Assembly: GCA_009840135.1 (NCBI GenBank)
Contig: VXOH01000159.1
Location: 2,095-66,094, forward strand
Source of the DNA: Chloroflexota bacterium
GTDB lineage: Bacteria > Chloroflexota > Dehalococcoidia > Lucifugimonadales > UBA3495
Length of the DNA: 64,000 bases
Reading direction: 5' to 3'
Below, one piece after another: positions 51,074 to 60,647 of the stretch. Below the pieces are notes generated by a model. It had not been told where the DNA came from. It did no database searches and saw nothing but the letters and a program-made list of their open reading frames with translations. Each line of letters starts with the position of its first letter. Position 1 is the stretch's first letter. A program made the translations under genes and the position numbers.

Positions 51074-51101
51074 GTAGGGGCGCACGGCCGTGCGCCCCTA
51101 C
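51074..51101. repeat. REP palindrome
   Basis: GTAGGGGCGCACGGCCGTGCGCCCCTAC. Followed at 51111-51149 by a half copy of the 38707-type repeat (GGGCGGCCCTTCG...CAGGGCGAGCGG). Confidence 0.85.
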
Positions 51102-51225
51102 GGGTCCAACCATCAACGGGCGGCCCTTCGGCAGTCTCAGGGCGAGCGGAAAATCGCCCGTCAGACCTGATGAATTGATTCCTCAGGAACGCTTTTACGG
51201 AGCCCACTAGCGGCCAAGGAGGGTT

Positions 51226-52440
51226 ATGCCCCGGAGCCCCAGGAAAATAGCAGTCATCGGCGCCGGTATCCTGGGCGCCGCCATCGCGTGGCGCCTGGCC
51301 CCGCGCGGCGTCCAGGTCACGCTGGTTGATAAGGCGCAACCCGGGCACGGCGCGTCCAGCCACAGCTTCGCCTGGATCAATGCCGGCGCCAAGGAACCCG
51401 TTGGCTACCATAACCTGAACCGCCGTTCGCTGGAAATGTGGGAGCGCTTTGCCCAGGCTATCGGCGACGATGGCGACCCAGGCAGCGTTGGCCTCCGCTG
51501 GGGCGGCAAGGTCTCCTGGGAAGCGGAGCCTGTGGCGGCGGAAAAGCTGGTCGCCCGGGTAAGGCAGCTACAGGCCTGGGGCTATCCCTCCCGGCTGATT
51601 GACGCCGCCGAACTGAAGGACCTCGAACCGGCCCTGGACCTGGGGCCGGTGGCCGCCGCCGAATACAGCCCCAACGAAGGTCAGGTTGAACCCCAGATGG
51701 TGGTGGACGCCTGCCTCCGCCGCCTGCGGGAGATGGGTTGCGACATTCTACCCGACACGGAAGTCGCCGGATTTGAGCAGAACGGCGATGGTCGTATAGT
51801 CAGCCTGTTAACTTCTGCCGGGGATGTGGGCCTGGACGTGAACCTGGACCTGGACGTCGTGGTCATGGTGGCCGGCACGGAAACCACCCGGCTGGCGGCC
51901 CTGGCTGGCGTCAACGTGCCCCAGGCGGAGAGCCCCGGCGTGGTGCTTCGCACCAACTCCCTGCCGCCCCTGCTTCATAACGTGCCGGTGGTGTATGCCC
52001 CTGCCCTGGGCGACGGCCGCCGGGAGATTCACATTCGCCAGTGCGCCGACGGCAGCATGATGATTGGCGAAGGGGACCAGGAGAGCCTGGCCGAGGACGA
52101 TTCCCAGGCCCACGCCGACGATCTTCTGGCCCGGGCCTGCCGGTATCTGCCCGGTATTGGCGGGGCGACAGCCATGCCCGTTCCTGTCGGCTGGCGGCCC
52201 ATGCCCCTGGACGGTTACCCGGTCATGGGGTTCGCGGAGGAGGCTCCCAACCTCTACGTGGCCCTCACCCACAGCGGCGTCACCCTGGCCCCGGCCCTGA
52301 GCCAGTTGGCTGCCCAGGAAATCTGTGACGGCTCGCCGGCGGACGCAGTGCTGGGTCCCTACCGTCCGCAACGCTTCGCCGGGCTCACCGCCGAGGATGT
52401 GGCGGCGGCCAGCCACCCGCGCTTCGCCAAGCTGGGATGA
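51226..52440 (+). CDS. FAD-dependent oxidoreductase (DAO/glycine oxidase-like)
   Basis: KIAVIGAGILGAAIAWRL dinucleotide fold and DAO-family length. Confidence 0.75.
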   Translation: MPRSPRKIAVIGAGILGAAIAWRLAPRGVQVTLVDKAQPGHGASSHSFAWINAGAKEPVGYHNLNRRSLEMWERFAQAIGDDGDPGSVGLRWGGKVSWEAEPVAAEKLVARVRQLQAWGYPSRLIDAAELKDLEPALDLGPVAAAEYSPNEGQVEPQMVVDACLRRLREMGCDILPDTEVAGFEQNGDGRIVSLLTSAGDVGLDVNLDLDVVVMVAGTETTRLAALAGVNVPQAESPGVVLRTNSLPPLLHNVPVVYAPALGDGRREIHIRQCADGSMMIGEGDQESLAEDDSQAHADDLLARACRYLPGIGGATAMPVPVGWRPMPLDGYPVMGFAEEAPNLYVALTHSGVTLAPALSQLAAQEICDGSPADAVLGPYRPQRFAGLTAEDVAAASHPRFAKLG

Positions 52441-52461
52441 GGAAAGGATATGGAAAACAGC

Positions 52462-52489
52462 GTAGGGGCGCACGGCCGTGCGCCCCTAC
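52462..52489. repeat. REP palindrome
   Basis: GTAGGGGCGCACGGCCGTGCGCCCCTAC. A second, GCAGAC-core copy lies at 52505-52530. Confidence 0.85.
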
Positions 52490-52546
52490 CATGGCACTAA
52501 CTCCGTAGGGGCAGACACCCAGGTCTGCCCTGGCCTTACATCCCGG

Positions 52547-53602
52547 CTACCGGAACCGTGGCATAACTTCCTCGGCAAACAGCTCCATTGACCGCATAAC
52601 CCTGGCGTGCTCCATGCTGCCGAAGGACATGCTGGCGCCGAAGTAGCCGATGCCGTGCTCGTCCCTCAGCCTGGCGATTCGCTCCACGCATTGGTCCGGC
52701 GTGCCGAAGTAGCAGGTAGTCTCCAGTTCCGACTCGTAGCTGGCCGGTTCGACGGTGCGAACCTGGCGCCAGTGGTCCAGGTCCACGTTGATTTCGTCGC
52801 CGTGGGTAAGGGTGCGCCGGTAGCCGCCCAGGTCCCGCACCCACGTCAGGGACTCGCGGGGGTATTCCCGGGCTGCTGCCTCGTCCTCATCCAGGTACAC
52901 AAACCGGAAGTAGGGCATCTCGGCCACGGCCAGCGTCTTGCCGGCGGCGGCGCACCGTTCGGCGTAAAGGGAGAAGAGGCCCAGGTTGTCCACTTCGGGG
53001 GTGGAGAAGCTGGTCAGGATGGGCAGGTCCCGCTCCACCGCCACGTCAACGCTGGCCGGGGTACGGGATACGGCCAGGTACACCGGCGGATACGGGTCCT
53101 GCACCGGCTTGGGGGCAATGGTCAAGTCCTTCACCTGGTAGAACTCGCCATCGAAGCTGAAATCATCCTGCGTCCACAGCCCCAGGATAATGTCCAGGGC
53201 CTCCTGGGTGCGCACGTCCCTGGTATCGAAGTCAATATTGAAGTTGCCGTACTCGTAGTCCGCCGAGCCCCGGCCCACGCCGAAATCCAGCCGGCCCTGG
53301 CTCAGCACGTCCAGCATGGCGGCCTCTTCGGCCAGGAAAATAGGGTTGTGGAAGGGCAGGACGCTGACACCGGCACCCAGCCGTATCTTGCTGGTGCGGG
53401 CGGCAATGTGGCTCAGCAGCGGCATCAGCGAAGGGCATATCCCGTACCGGCTGGAGTGGTGCTCGGCAATCCAGATGGAATCGAAGCCCAGCTCCTCGGC
53501 GTACTCCACTTGCTCCATCATCTCGCCGAAAATACGGCTCTGGGCGTTGGTCTCGGGCTCAGTCCAGGAGCCCAGTAAAAACAGGGCAAACTTCATGCTC
53601 AT
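52547..53602 (-). CDS. LLM-class flavin-dependent oxidoreductase
   Basis: GFDSIWIAEHH and FLAEEAAMLDVLSQGRLDFGVGRG. Start ATG 53602 behind AGGAGG. The upstream part of the track ORF is rejected. Confidence 0.8.
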   Translation of the reverse strand: MSMKFALFLLGSWTEPETNAQSRIFGEMMEQVEYAEELGFDSIWIAEHHSSRYGICPSLMPLLSHIAARTSKIRLGAGVSVLPFHNPIFLAEEAAMLDVLSQGRLDFGVGRGSADYEYGNFNIDFDTRDVRTQEALDIILGLWTQDDFSFDGEFYQVKDLTIAPKPVQDPYPPVYLAVSRTPASVDVAVERDLPILTSFSTPEVDNLGLFSLYAERCAAAGKTLAVAEMPYFRFVYLDEDEAAAREYPRESLTWVRDLGGYRRTLTHGDEINVDLDHWRQVRTVEPASYESELETTCYFGTPDQCVERIARLRDEHGIGYFGASMSFGSMEHARVMRSMELFAEEVMPRFR

Positions 53603-53706
53603 GATCGAATAGTGCCTCCTCTTTGTAGCCGGCGCCAAGGCCGTTGACCAAGGAATATTGCTGGCTGGCTGGCCGCGTCCTTCCAGGTTCGTAGCTGCCT
53701 GCCCTT

Positions 53707-55149
53707 CTACACCGACGTCTGCGCAACCACCCGCGGGGCCACTTTGCGGGAGAGCCAGCGGCCATCCGTGGGGCTGCCCAGCAATTCCCCGTCCCTGACT
53801 ATAACCTTGCCCCGCAGCAGGGTCATAACCGGGTATCCCTCGCACTCGAAGCCGTCCCAGATGGAGTAATCGGAATCGGCGTGAAGTTCGTCCACGGTAA
53901 TGGTCTTCTTGAGATTCGGGTCGAAGATTACGATGTCGGCGTCGCTGCCCACGGCGATGGCCCCCTTCTGGGGGTACATGCCGAGAATCCTGGCGGCGTT
54001 GGTGGAGGTAATAGCGGCGAACCGCTGCAGGTCTATGCGCCCCGTGGCCGCCAGCTTGGTGTAGGTGACCGGCATGCGGGTCTCGATGCCGTTATGCCCG
54101 CCGCAAAGGGTGCGGATGGTGTCCCCGGCCAGCTTGATGTTCTTGTAGGTGGTCCATTCGTCGGTGGCGGTGGTGCAGATGGGGCCGTCCACCAGCCCCT
54201 GCTGCAGCGCGTCCCGGTCGTCGGAAAACTTGATGGCCGGGTAGGTGTGGATGGCCAGCCCTTCCGGCTTCAGGTAGTCGTCGCAGGTAAATTCGAGGTA
54301 GTTGTGCAGGGCCTCGCCATATACCGGCAGCTGCGCCGCCCGGGCTTCGGCGATGGCCGTCACGCCCTCCTTGGCCGTGGTGTGGACGAAGTAGACGCCC
54401 GTTTCCGTTTTTTGGGCCAGCCGCACCACCTTGCGGAAGGAAATGTCCTCGGAAATATTGTTGTGGGCCAGGTGCAGGTTGGAGCCGTGGTCGCGCCCCT
54501 CCCGCTCCAGCTTCTCCTCCATGTAGGTGACGATATCGTCCTCTTCGGCGTGAACGGCCATGATGCCGCCCTGCCGGCCCACCTCCTGGAATATTTCCCA
54601 CAGGTGCCCCATGGGTACCCGGGCGTGGAAGGTGGTGAAAATCTTGAAGCTGGCGACGCCCGACTGGATGGCCTCGCCTATCTCGCCAATGGTGCTGGGC
54701 GGTACGGCCCCGGCGAGAATGTAGTGGAAGGTGTAGTCAATATAGGAGTGCCCGGAGAAGGTGTTGCGGCGCGTTTCTATCTGCCTCATTATCGGGTCCG
54801 CCGGCGGTACTGCGCCCGGCGTCAGGGGCAGCGCTCCGGCAAAGTCCACGTAGGTGGTCACCCCACCGAAGGCGGCGGCGCGGCTGGCGGCCTCCGGTGG
54901 CTGGGTAAATACCCCGTCATCGCCGCCGGCCCAGTAATCGGGCACCGGTACGTTGATGTGGGCATGGGGCTCGATTCCGCCCGGCAGGACGATCATGCCG
55001 GTGGCGTCAATAGTTTCGCCCGCCCCCGTCTGTTCCAGTACTCCCGGGGCGGCTATTGCCACTATGTGCTCGTCCAGCACTCCCACGTCCATCAGGCCCA
55101 CGCTGTCGGGAGTTACGACGGTTCCACCCTGGATAATCAAGTCCAACAT
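53707..55149 (-). CDS. dihydropyrimidinase/D-hydantoinase-type cyclic amidohydrolase
   Basis: LPGGIEPHAHI (HxH metal site), FKIF (carboxylated-Lys region), AVHAE, SDADIVIFD. Start ATG 55149 behind GGGAGG. Confidence 0.8.
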   Translation of the reverse strand: MLDLIIQGGTVVTPDSVGLMDVGVLDEHIVAIAAPGVLEQTGAGETIDATGMIVLPGGIEPHAHINVPVPDYWAGGDDGVFTQPPEAASRAAAFGGVTTYVDFAGALPLTPGAVPPADPIMRQIETRRNTFSGHSYIDYTFHYILAGAVPPSTIGEIGEAIQSGVASFKIFTTFHARVPMGHLWEIFQEVGRQGGIMAVHAEEDDIVTYMEEKLEREGRDHGSNLHLAHNNISEDISFRKVVRLAQKTETGVYFVHTTAKEGVTAIAEARAAQLPVYGEALHNYLEFTCDDYLKPEGLAIHTYPAIKFSDDRDALQQGLVDGPICTTATDEWTTYKNIKLAGDTIRTLCGGHNGIETRMPVTYTKLAATGRIDLQRFAAITSTNAARILGMYPQKGAIAVGSDADIVIFDPNLKKTITVDELHADSDYSIWDGFECEGYPVMTLLRGKVIVRDGELLGSPTDGRWLSRKVAPRVVAQTSV

Positions 55150-55308
55150 GATAGCCTCCCGCATTGACGACTTCTGCTAACCGCGCTGTGGAGGTTTCCG
55201 AGGGAAAGCCTGGTTTTGTGGATTATAACTTAAAGGACAGGGCCGGCTACCCGGGCGCAACCTTTCAGCCTGTAACTATGCAGAGTTGAGGGATATGCCC
55301 TCCTTCGC

Positions 55309-55335
55309 CGCAGGGCGCATGGCCATGCGCCCCTA
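55309..55335. repeat. REP palindrome (one arm shortened)
   Basis: GCAGGGCGCATGGCCATGCGCCCCTAC. Confidence 0.75.
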
Positions 55336-55420
55336 CGGGGGTGACGGGTCGGGGCAGGGGAATGGCGTCTCAAGTCAATGCCTTCATGAGGGCCCACGCC
55401 TGTCAACCTGAGGGCCCATG

Positions 55421-55447
55421 CCTGTCATCCTGAGTGAAGCGAAGGAT
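55421..55447 (+). repeat. variant of the GIY-cassette IR
   Basis: CCTGTCATCCTGAGTGAAGCGAAGGAT versus CCGCTCATCCTGAGCTTGTCGAAGGAT. A partial duplicate lies at 55398-55412. Confidence 0.55.
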
Positions 55448-55466
55448 CTAAGGAACCTCTGAACAA

Positions 55467-55569
55467 ATCCCTTCCCCCTTGACAGGGGAAGGTAAGGATG
55501 GGGGTGATACCTTGCCAAAGACCATTTCCCCCTCACCCTAACCCTCTCCCGCCAGGGGCGAGGGGACTT
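55467..55569 (-). repeat. composite double-hairpin repeat (copy C, inverted)
   Basis: ATCCCTTCCCCCTTGACAGGGGAAGGTAAGGATGGGGG...CCCCCTCACCCTAACCCTCTCCCGCCAGGGGCGAGGGGACT. Confidence 0.8.
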
Positions 55570-55713
55570 TGTAATCGTCCTATGGCGGAAGGGACAAAAC
55601 GCCCTGTTACAATATGCGTGGCTCACTCCATTGCTCTGAAGGGGCCCGCAGCCCCTGCCACAGTTCAACAAACCGCGGTTGTTGAATGTCGCCAATAAGA
55701 AAATATCTCGATA

Positions 55714-55750
55714 GTCCCCTCTCCCTCTGGGAGAGGGTTAGGGTGAGGGC
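55714..55750 (+). repeat. half copy (hairpin 1 plus arm) of the double-hairpin repeat
   Basis: GTCCCCTCTCCCTCTGGGAGAGGGTTAGGGTGAGGGC. Confidence 0.7.
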
Positions 55751-55854
55751 GAACATGTAAGGTGGATAGCCTGTTAGGACAGCTAACACCGGTTTTGAAA
55801 TGGTTACTAATCTGGCATCCCGTTGACCCCAAACCGGCAAAGAGGAGACTTATC

Positions 55855-57090
55855 ATGACTAACCAACCCGGCCCGGCAAAGGACGACTTGGCAACGCGTT
55901 CCAACTCGACCATCGAGAATTCCAGGCGGGAGTTGTTCGATCTTTCCCTGGACGTTCATGCCCACCCGGAGTTGAACTACGAGGAATATTACTCCTCCAA
56001 CGCCCTGGCCGGGTTCCTGGAAAGCCGGGGCCTGCCGGTGGAGCGGGGCATTGGCGGGGTGGAGACGGCCTTCCGCGCCACCATTCCCGGGGGTGGCGGT
56101 GAAGGCCCCACCGTGGCCGTACTGGCGGAATACGACGCGCTCCCCGAAATCGGCCACGGCTGCGGGCACAACCTCATCGCCATGGCAGCCATGGGTGCGG
56201 CCTTGGGATTGCAGGCCAACGCCCAGAGCCTACCCGGCCAGGTGGTGGTCATCGGGACGCCGGCGGAAGAGGGCGGCGGCGGCAAGATAAAGCTGCTGGA
56301 GGCCGGCGTTTTTGACGGGGTGGACGCCACCCTGTCGTCCCATCCCTTCTCCAACCGGACCCTGATACCCGCCACCGCGGCGCGAGGCGAAAGCTGGAGC
56401 CTGGCCATGGTCGGGTACCGGTATATGTACCACGGAAGGGCCGCCCACGCCGCCGCCGCTCCCGAGGCCGGCGTCAACGCCCTTAACGCCGTCATTCATC
56501 TTTTCACCGGCATTGACGCCCTGCGCCAGCACCTGCGGGACGACGTTCGCATTCACGGCGTAATCACCGATGGCGGCATGGCCCCCAACGTGGTGCCCGA
56601 ATTCGCCGCCGCCAACTTCATGCTGCGGTCCAGGGATGGCCGCTACCTCAGCGACGAGGTGGTGGGCAAGGTGTTGCAGGTGGCCGAAGGGGCCGCGGCC
56701 ATGACCGGCGCCCGCCTGGAGGTGGAGGAGTTCTATCCCTGCTACGAAAACGTCCAACCCAACGTGACCCTGGCCCAGGCCGTGGGAGCCAACGCCCAGG
56801 CCCTGGGCTTCAAGCTGGACGAGCCGGTGGCCGGCCGCCCGGGCAGCGGCGCCTCCACCGACTTCGGCAACGTCAGCCAGGTAATGCCCGCCTTCGAGCT
56901 ACGGTACGCCGTCAGCGAGACCCCGGTGCCGTCGCACACCAGGGACATGTGCGCCACCGCCACCACCGACCTGGCCCTGTCCAACGCCCTCGTCGTTGCC
57001 AAGGCCCTGAGCCTGACCGCCACCGACCTGCTTCGCGATGCCTCGCTGGTAGAGGCCGCGAAAACGGAGTTTGCCGAACGCTCCAATTAA
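55855..57090 (+). CDS. M20-family amidohydrolase/peptidase (M20D-like)
   Basis: EYDALPEIGHGCGHNL metal-site block, GTPAEEGGGGK, HAAAAPE. ATG 55855 behind AGAGGAG. Confidence 0.8.
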   Translation: MTNQPGPAKDDLATRSNSTIENSRRELFDLSLDVHAHPELNYEEYYSSNALAGFLESRGLPVERGIGGVETAFRATIPGGGGEGPTVAVLAEYDALPEIGHGCGHNLIAMAAMGAALGLQANAQSLPGQVVVIGTPAEEGGGGKIKLLEAGVFDGVDATLSSHPFSNRTLIPATAARGESWSLAMVGYRYMYHGRAAHAAAAPEAGVNALNAVIHLFTGIDALRQHLRDDVRIHGVITDGGMAPNVVPEFAAANFMLRSRDGRYLSDEVVGKVLQVAEGAAAMTGARLEVEEFYPCYENVQPNVTLAQAVGANAQALGFKLDEPVAGRPGSGASTDFGNVSQVMPAFELRYAVSETPVPSHTRDMCATATTDLALSNALVVAKALSLTATDLLRDASLVEAAKTEFAERSN

Positions 57091-57178
57091 CGGTGGTCGG
57101 CATTGCAGAACCTGCTGGCAGGTTCCTTGGCATCAACCGGCAGGGGGTAGCATTCCAATTCCGGTGGTATCAATGCCC

Positions 57179-57206
57179 GTAGGGGCGGTTCGCGAACCGC
57201 CCCTAC
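57179..57206. repeat. REP palindrome (TTCGCGAA core)
   Basis: GTAGGGGCGGTTCGCGAACCGCCCCTAC. Confidence 0.85.
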
Positions 57207-57366
57207 GCTTGGCCCCGATTGCGGTCCCATCTGCAAACCACCTCAAAAGGGAACGCAGCCCGTAGAAAGTTGTGCCTTGACCTGGAAGATTGGCGAAGTC
57301 CCATGCCCGGTGGAATATGGGCGACACATTACATGCCGCATACTCATCCAGGGAGAGTCTTAACAT

Positions 57367-57490
57367 GTCCCCTCTCCCCTGGCGGGAGCGGAACGTCCGC
57401 CTGTGGCGGTAGGGTTAGGGTGAGGGGGATTGGCCAGTTTCAAGCTATCGCCCCCATCCTAACCTTCCCCCATCAAGGGGGAAGGAGCTT
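57367..57490 (+). repeat. composite double-hairpin repeat (copy E) carrying a nested CCGCC..GGCGG insert
   Basis: GTCCCCTCTCCCCTGGCGGGAG[CGGAACGTCCGCCTGTGGCGGT]AGGGTTAGGGTGAGGGGG...CCCCCATCCTAACCTTCCCCCATCAAGGGGGAAGGAGCT. Confidence 0.8.
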
Positions 57491-57514
57491 GTGTAGAGGT
57501 TCCCCTACGAAGCC

Positions 57515-57961
57515 ATGATGTTTAGCGCCCTTCACCTTCCCCTCATGGCCTTCCTGGCGGTCCTGTTCGCCCTCCGCGTATTGGCCCAGCTGGTCCAGGC
57601 CGTTTACGAAGTGCCCTTCCTGCCGCCCTTTGCAGCGTGGCAGGGTAGCGGCCTGCCCTATCCCGTCCTCCTGGGGTCGCAGGTGGTCATCCTGGTCTTG
57701 GTGGGCCTTGCTCTCGGGCAGGTAAAGCGGGGAACCATTTCTCCCCGACCGTGGCAGTACCTGGGTTGCTTCGCGCTGGGGGGCGTTTACTTCACGGTGA
57801 TGGCCTTTCGCCTGGTAGCCGGCCTCACATTTCTGGCCGAAAACGAATGGTTTGCCAGCGGCATTCCCGCGCTGTTTCACATTATACTGGCGTCCCTTAT
57901 ACTTACTTTTGGACATTATCTATTGACCCAGGGCAATGGGAAGGGACGGAAGTCGGGCTGA
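57515..57961 (+). CDS. hypothetical polytopic membrane protein
   Basis: 148 aa with four hydrophobic segments. Lies directly upstream of the hydroxylase gene. Confidence 0.45.
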   Translation: MMFSALHLPLMAFLAVLFALRVLAQLVQAVYEVPFLPPFAAWQGSGLPYPVLLGSQVVILVLVGLALGQVKRGTISPRPWQYLGCFALGGVYFTVMAFRLVAGLTFLAENEWFASGIPALFHIILASLILTFGHYLLTQGNGKGRKSG

Positions 57962-58021
57962 AGGCAGCGCCGCTTTCGCCGGTCCATCCGGCTGCCGACA
58001 GCGATAGAGCTTTCACGGGGA

Positions 58022-58918
58022 ATGCGGGAAGCTGAGGAGGGGAACGTGAATTCAGCCAGGCTGGCGGAGGTAGGCTCTTACCCCGTTATCATCGCGCTGG
58101 GGTTTGCCCTCTACATGGTTCTGGTACGCGCGGACGTGGACGTAAGGCTGGCGTCTTACGGCGCGGCCTTTGCCGGCGTGATATTCATCGTCCTGCACGA
58201 AATTCTGTTGCCCTACCGCAGCGACTGGCGTCCCCCCGCCGAGGATGTCCGCTCCGACACCCTCTTCCTGGTCTTCGTGCAGGTTGCCCTGCCCTACCTG
58301 CTGGCCATCACCGTGGTCATTGGCCTGGCCAGCGCCCTGCAGAACGCCGGACTGACCGTTGATATCTTCTGGCCGCACAGCCTTCCGGTGGTTGTGCAGG
58401 TTGCCATCATGCTGCTGGCGGCCGATTTCATGCGTTACTGGCTGCACCGAGCCTTTCACCGGTATCCAACCATGTGGCGGCTCCACGCCGTGCATCACTC
58501 GCCGCCCCAGCTTTATACCATCAACGTGGGCCGCTTCCACCCCGTCGAAAAGTCCATCCAGTACGCCTTCGACACCCTGCCCTTCGCCCTGGTGGCCGTG
58601 TCCCCGGAGGTGCTGGCCGCCTACTTCGTCTTCTACGCGCTTAACGGTTTCTTTCAGCACTCCAACTGCCGGGTGTACCTGGGCCCATTGAACTACATCG
58701 TGGCCGGGCCCGAGCTGCACCGCTGGCACCACTCCCGCCGGGCCCGGGAAATGAACAGCAACTTCGGCAACAACCTCATCGTGTGGGACACCCTGTTCAA
58801 GACCAGGTTCTTCCCCGCCGACCGGGATGTGGAGGAGATTGGCATTCGCAACCGCCGCTACCCCAGGGGCTTCTTCGTCCAGATGAAGAGTCCCTTCGTT
58901 CGGGAGTTGCTGCCTTGA
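58022..58918 (+). CDS. fatty acid hydroxylase/sterol desaturase family membrane di-iron enzyme
   Basis: His boxes HRAFH, HAVHH, HRWHH. N-terminal TM helices. Confidence 0.8.
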   Translation: MREAEEGNVNSARLAEVGSYPVIIALGFALYMVLVRADVDVRLASYGAAFAGVIFIVLHEILLPYRSDWRPPAEDVRSDTLFLVFVQVALPYLLAITVVIGLASALQNAGLTVDIFWPHSLPVVVQVAIMLLAADFMRYWLHRAFHRYPTMWRLHAVHHSPPQLYTINVGRFHPVEKSIQYAFDTLPFALVAVSPEVLAAYFVFYALNGFFQHSNCRVYLGPLNYIVAGPELHRWHHSRRAREMNSNFGNNLIVWDTLFKTRFFPADRDVEEIGIRNRRYPRGFFVQMKSPFVRELLP

Positions 58919-60627
58919 CCTCTCCGGGCGGCCAAGCCGCAGTCAACGGGGTGAGCAGCTTGCCGCACGGCGCCAGCTACGCCCTCTTGCGGGCCGGCCT
59001 CAACCTGACTCAGTTGCGGCGTTACCGTCGCCTGATGGAGGGGGCCCAACGCCCCCGGGATGTCCAGCTGGCCCTGCTGCGCCGGATTATGGCGGACAAT
59101 GCGGATACCGAATTCGGCAGAAGGCATTCCTTCTCCGGCGTTGCCGACGCCGACGACTACCGGCGGGCCGTCCCGGTGCAGTCCTACGAAGACCTGCGCC
59201 CCTTGATCGAGCGGCAGGAGCTTACCGGCGAGCCGTGCCTTACCAGGGAGCGGCCCGTTTACTACCACCGCACCAGCGGTACCGTGGGCGCCGCCAAGAA
59301 CATACCCGTCACCCCCTCGGGCCTGGGTCGGATGAAGGGCGACCAGAAACTGTCGGCCTACGTCTGGTCGCGGGATTCCCACGTTCTGCGGGGCAAGGGA
59401 TTTGCCATCAGCGGCCAGGCCGTGGAGGGCCACATGGAGGGCGGGACTCCCTACGGTTCCGCTTCGGGCCTGCTCTACCTGGGGCAGTCCAGGTTCGTGC
59501 GGTCAAGGTACGTGCTCTCCCCCCAGGTTGCGGACATTGAAGACTACGATCTGCGCTACCTGGTGACGGTCATCTTCGGTCTGGCGGAGCCCCACGTTAC
59601 CGGCATCGCCACCGCCAATCCCTCAACCTTCCTCCGGCTGCTGTCGGTGGCGGACCGTCACTCCGACACTATTCTGGACGCCATTGCCACGGGCCGGCTG
59701 CCATCGGCGGAGTCGTTGCCCGGCCCGGTCCGGCAGGCATTGAAACCCGACCCGCAGCGCGCCAGGTACCTGTCCAGCTGCCTGGAAGGGGCCGGTCGCT
59801 ATACCTTCACCGACATCTGGCCCCATCTTCAGGGCATTGTCACCTGGACGGGCGGCAGTTGCGGCACTGCCCTCAACAGCTTGTCCGGGCTGATTCCGGA
59901 GGGCATACCCATCATTGAGCTGGGCTACCTGGCCAGCGAGTTTCGGGGGACACTCAACATAGATGCCAGGCATAACCTTTGCCTTCCCACCCTGTTCCAG
60001 ACCTATTTTGAGTTTGTTGAGCGGGAGGCATGGGAGTCGGGAAGCTCCGGGTTCCTGGGTCTGCACGAGCTGGAACAGGACGCTGAATACTACGTCTTCG
60101 TCACCACGCCCGACGGCCTGTATCGCTACGACATGAACGACATTGTGCGGGTCAGCGGCAGGGTTCACGAAACTCCCACCCTGGACTTCGTGCAGAAGGG
60201 CAAGGGCACCACCAGCATTACCGGCGAAAAGCTCACCGAGTCCCAGGCCCTGGACGCGGTGCCGTCCATCCTTGCCAACCGGAATGTTCAGCACCAGTTT
60301 TTCATCGTCATTGCCGACGAGCAAACGGCGGGATATACCCTGTTCGTTGAATCCGGCAATCACGGAGGGCAACACCTGGGGGACAGCAACGCCATTGCGG
60401 CAGAGGTTGACCTCAAGCTCTGCGAGCTCAATGTGGAGTACGAGGCCAAGCGAAAGAGCGGCCGGCTGACTCCCCTGGAAGTCCGCTGGCTCCGGACCGG
60501 CGCCGGCGACCAGTACCGGGCGGTTTGCGTCAATTCCGGCCAGCGGGACACCCAGTTCAAGTACCTGCACCTTCAATATGCCCGCGAGTGCAAGCTTGAT
60601 TTCGCCTCCCTGGCCCAGGCCGACTGA
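58915..60627 (+). CDS. GH3-family acyl-acid amido synthetase-like adenylating enzyme
   Basis: FGRRHSF...YRRAVPVQSYEDLRPLIER and YHRTSGTVGAAKNIPVT (GH3 P-loop-like motif). Start set at TTG 58915, overlapping the upstream stop (TTGA). Start uncertain. Confidence 0.7.
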   Translation: MTSPGGQAAVNGVSSLPHGASYALLRAGLNLTQLRRYRRLMEGAQRPRDVQLALLRRIMADNADTEFGRRHSFSGVADADDYRRAVPVQSYEDLRPLIERQELTGEPCLTRERPVYYHRTSGTVGAAKNIPVTPSGLGRMKGDQKLSAYVWSRDSHVLRGKGFAISGQAVEGHMEGGTPYGSASGLLYLGQSRFVRSRYVLSPQVADIEDYDLRYLVTVIFGLAEPHVTGIATANPSTFLRLLSVADRHSDTILDAIATGRLPSAESLPGPVRQALKPDPQRARYLSSCLEGAGRYTFTDIWPHLQGIVTWTGGSCGTALNSLSGLIPEGIPIIELGYLASEFRGTLNIDARHNLCLPTLFQTYFEFVEREAWESGSSGFLGLHELEQDAEYYVFVTTPDGLYRYDMNDIVRVSGRVHETPTLDFVQKGKGTTSITGEKLTESQALDAVPSILANRNVQHQFFIVIADEQTAGYTLFVESGNHGGQHLGDSNAIAAEVDLKLCELNVEYEAKRKSGRLTPLEVRWLRTGAGDQYRAVCVNSGQRDTQFKYLHLQYARECKLDFASLAQAD

Positions 60628-60647
60628 GCAGGGCGGAGCCAGCGACT

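Noticed and set aside
53881-55167. 428-aa + strand ORF (and the 52607-53578 + ORF)
   Set aside because: Antisense to the hydantoinase and LLM genes respectively. Low-complexity Gly/Val/Ala/His translation.
55384-55913. Several ORFs of 66-103 aa on both strands
   Set aside because: They are translations of stacked interspersed repeats (REP, IR variant, double-hairpin) with no independent coding signal.
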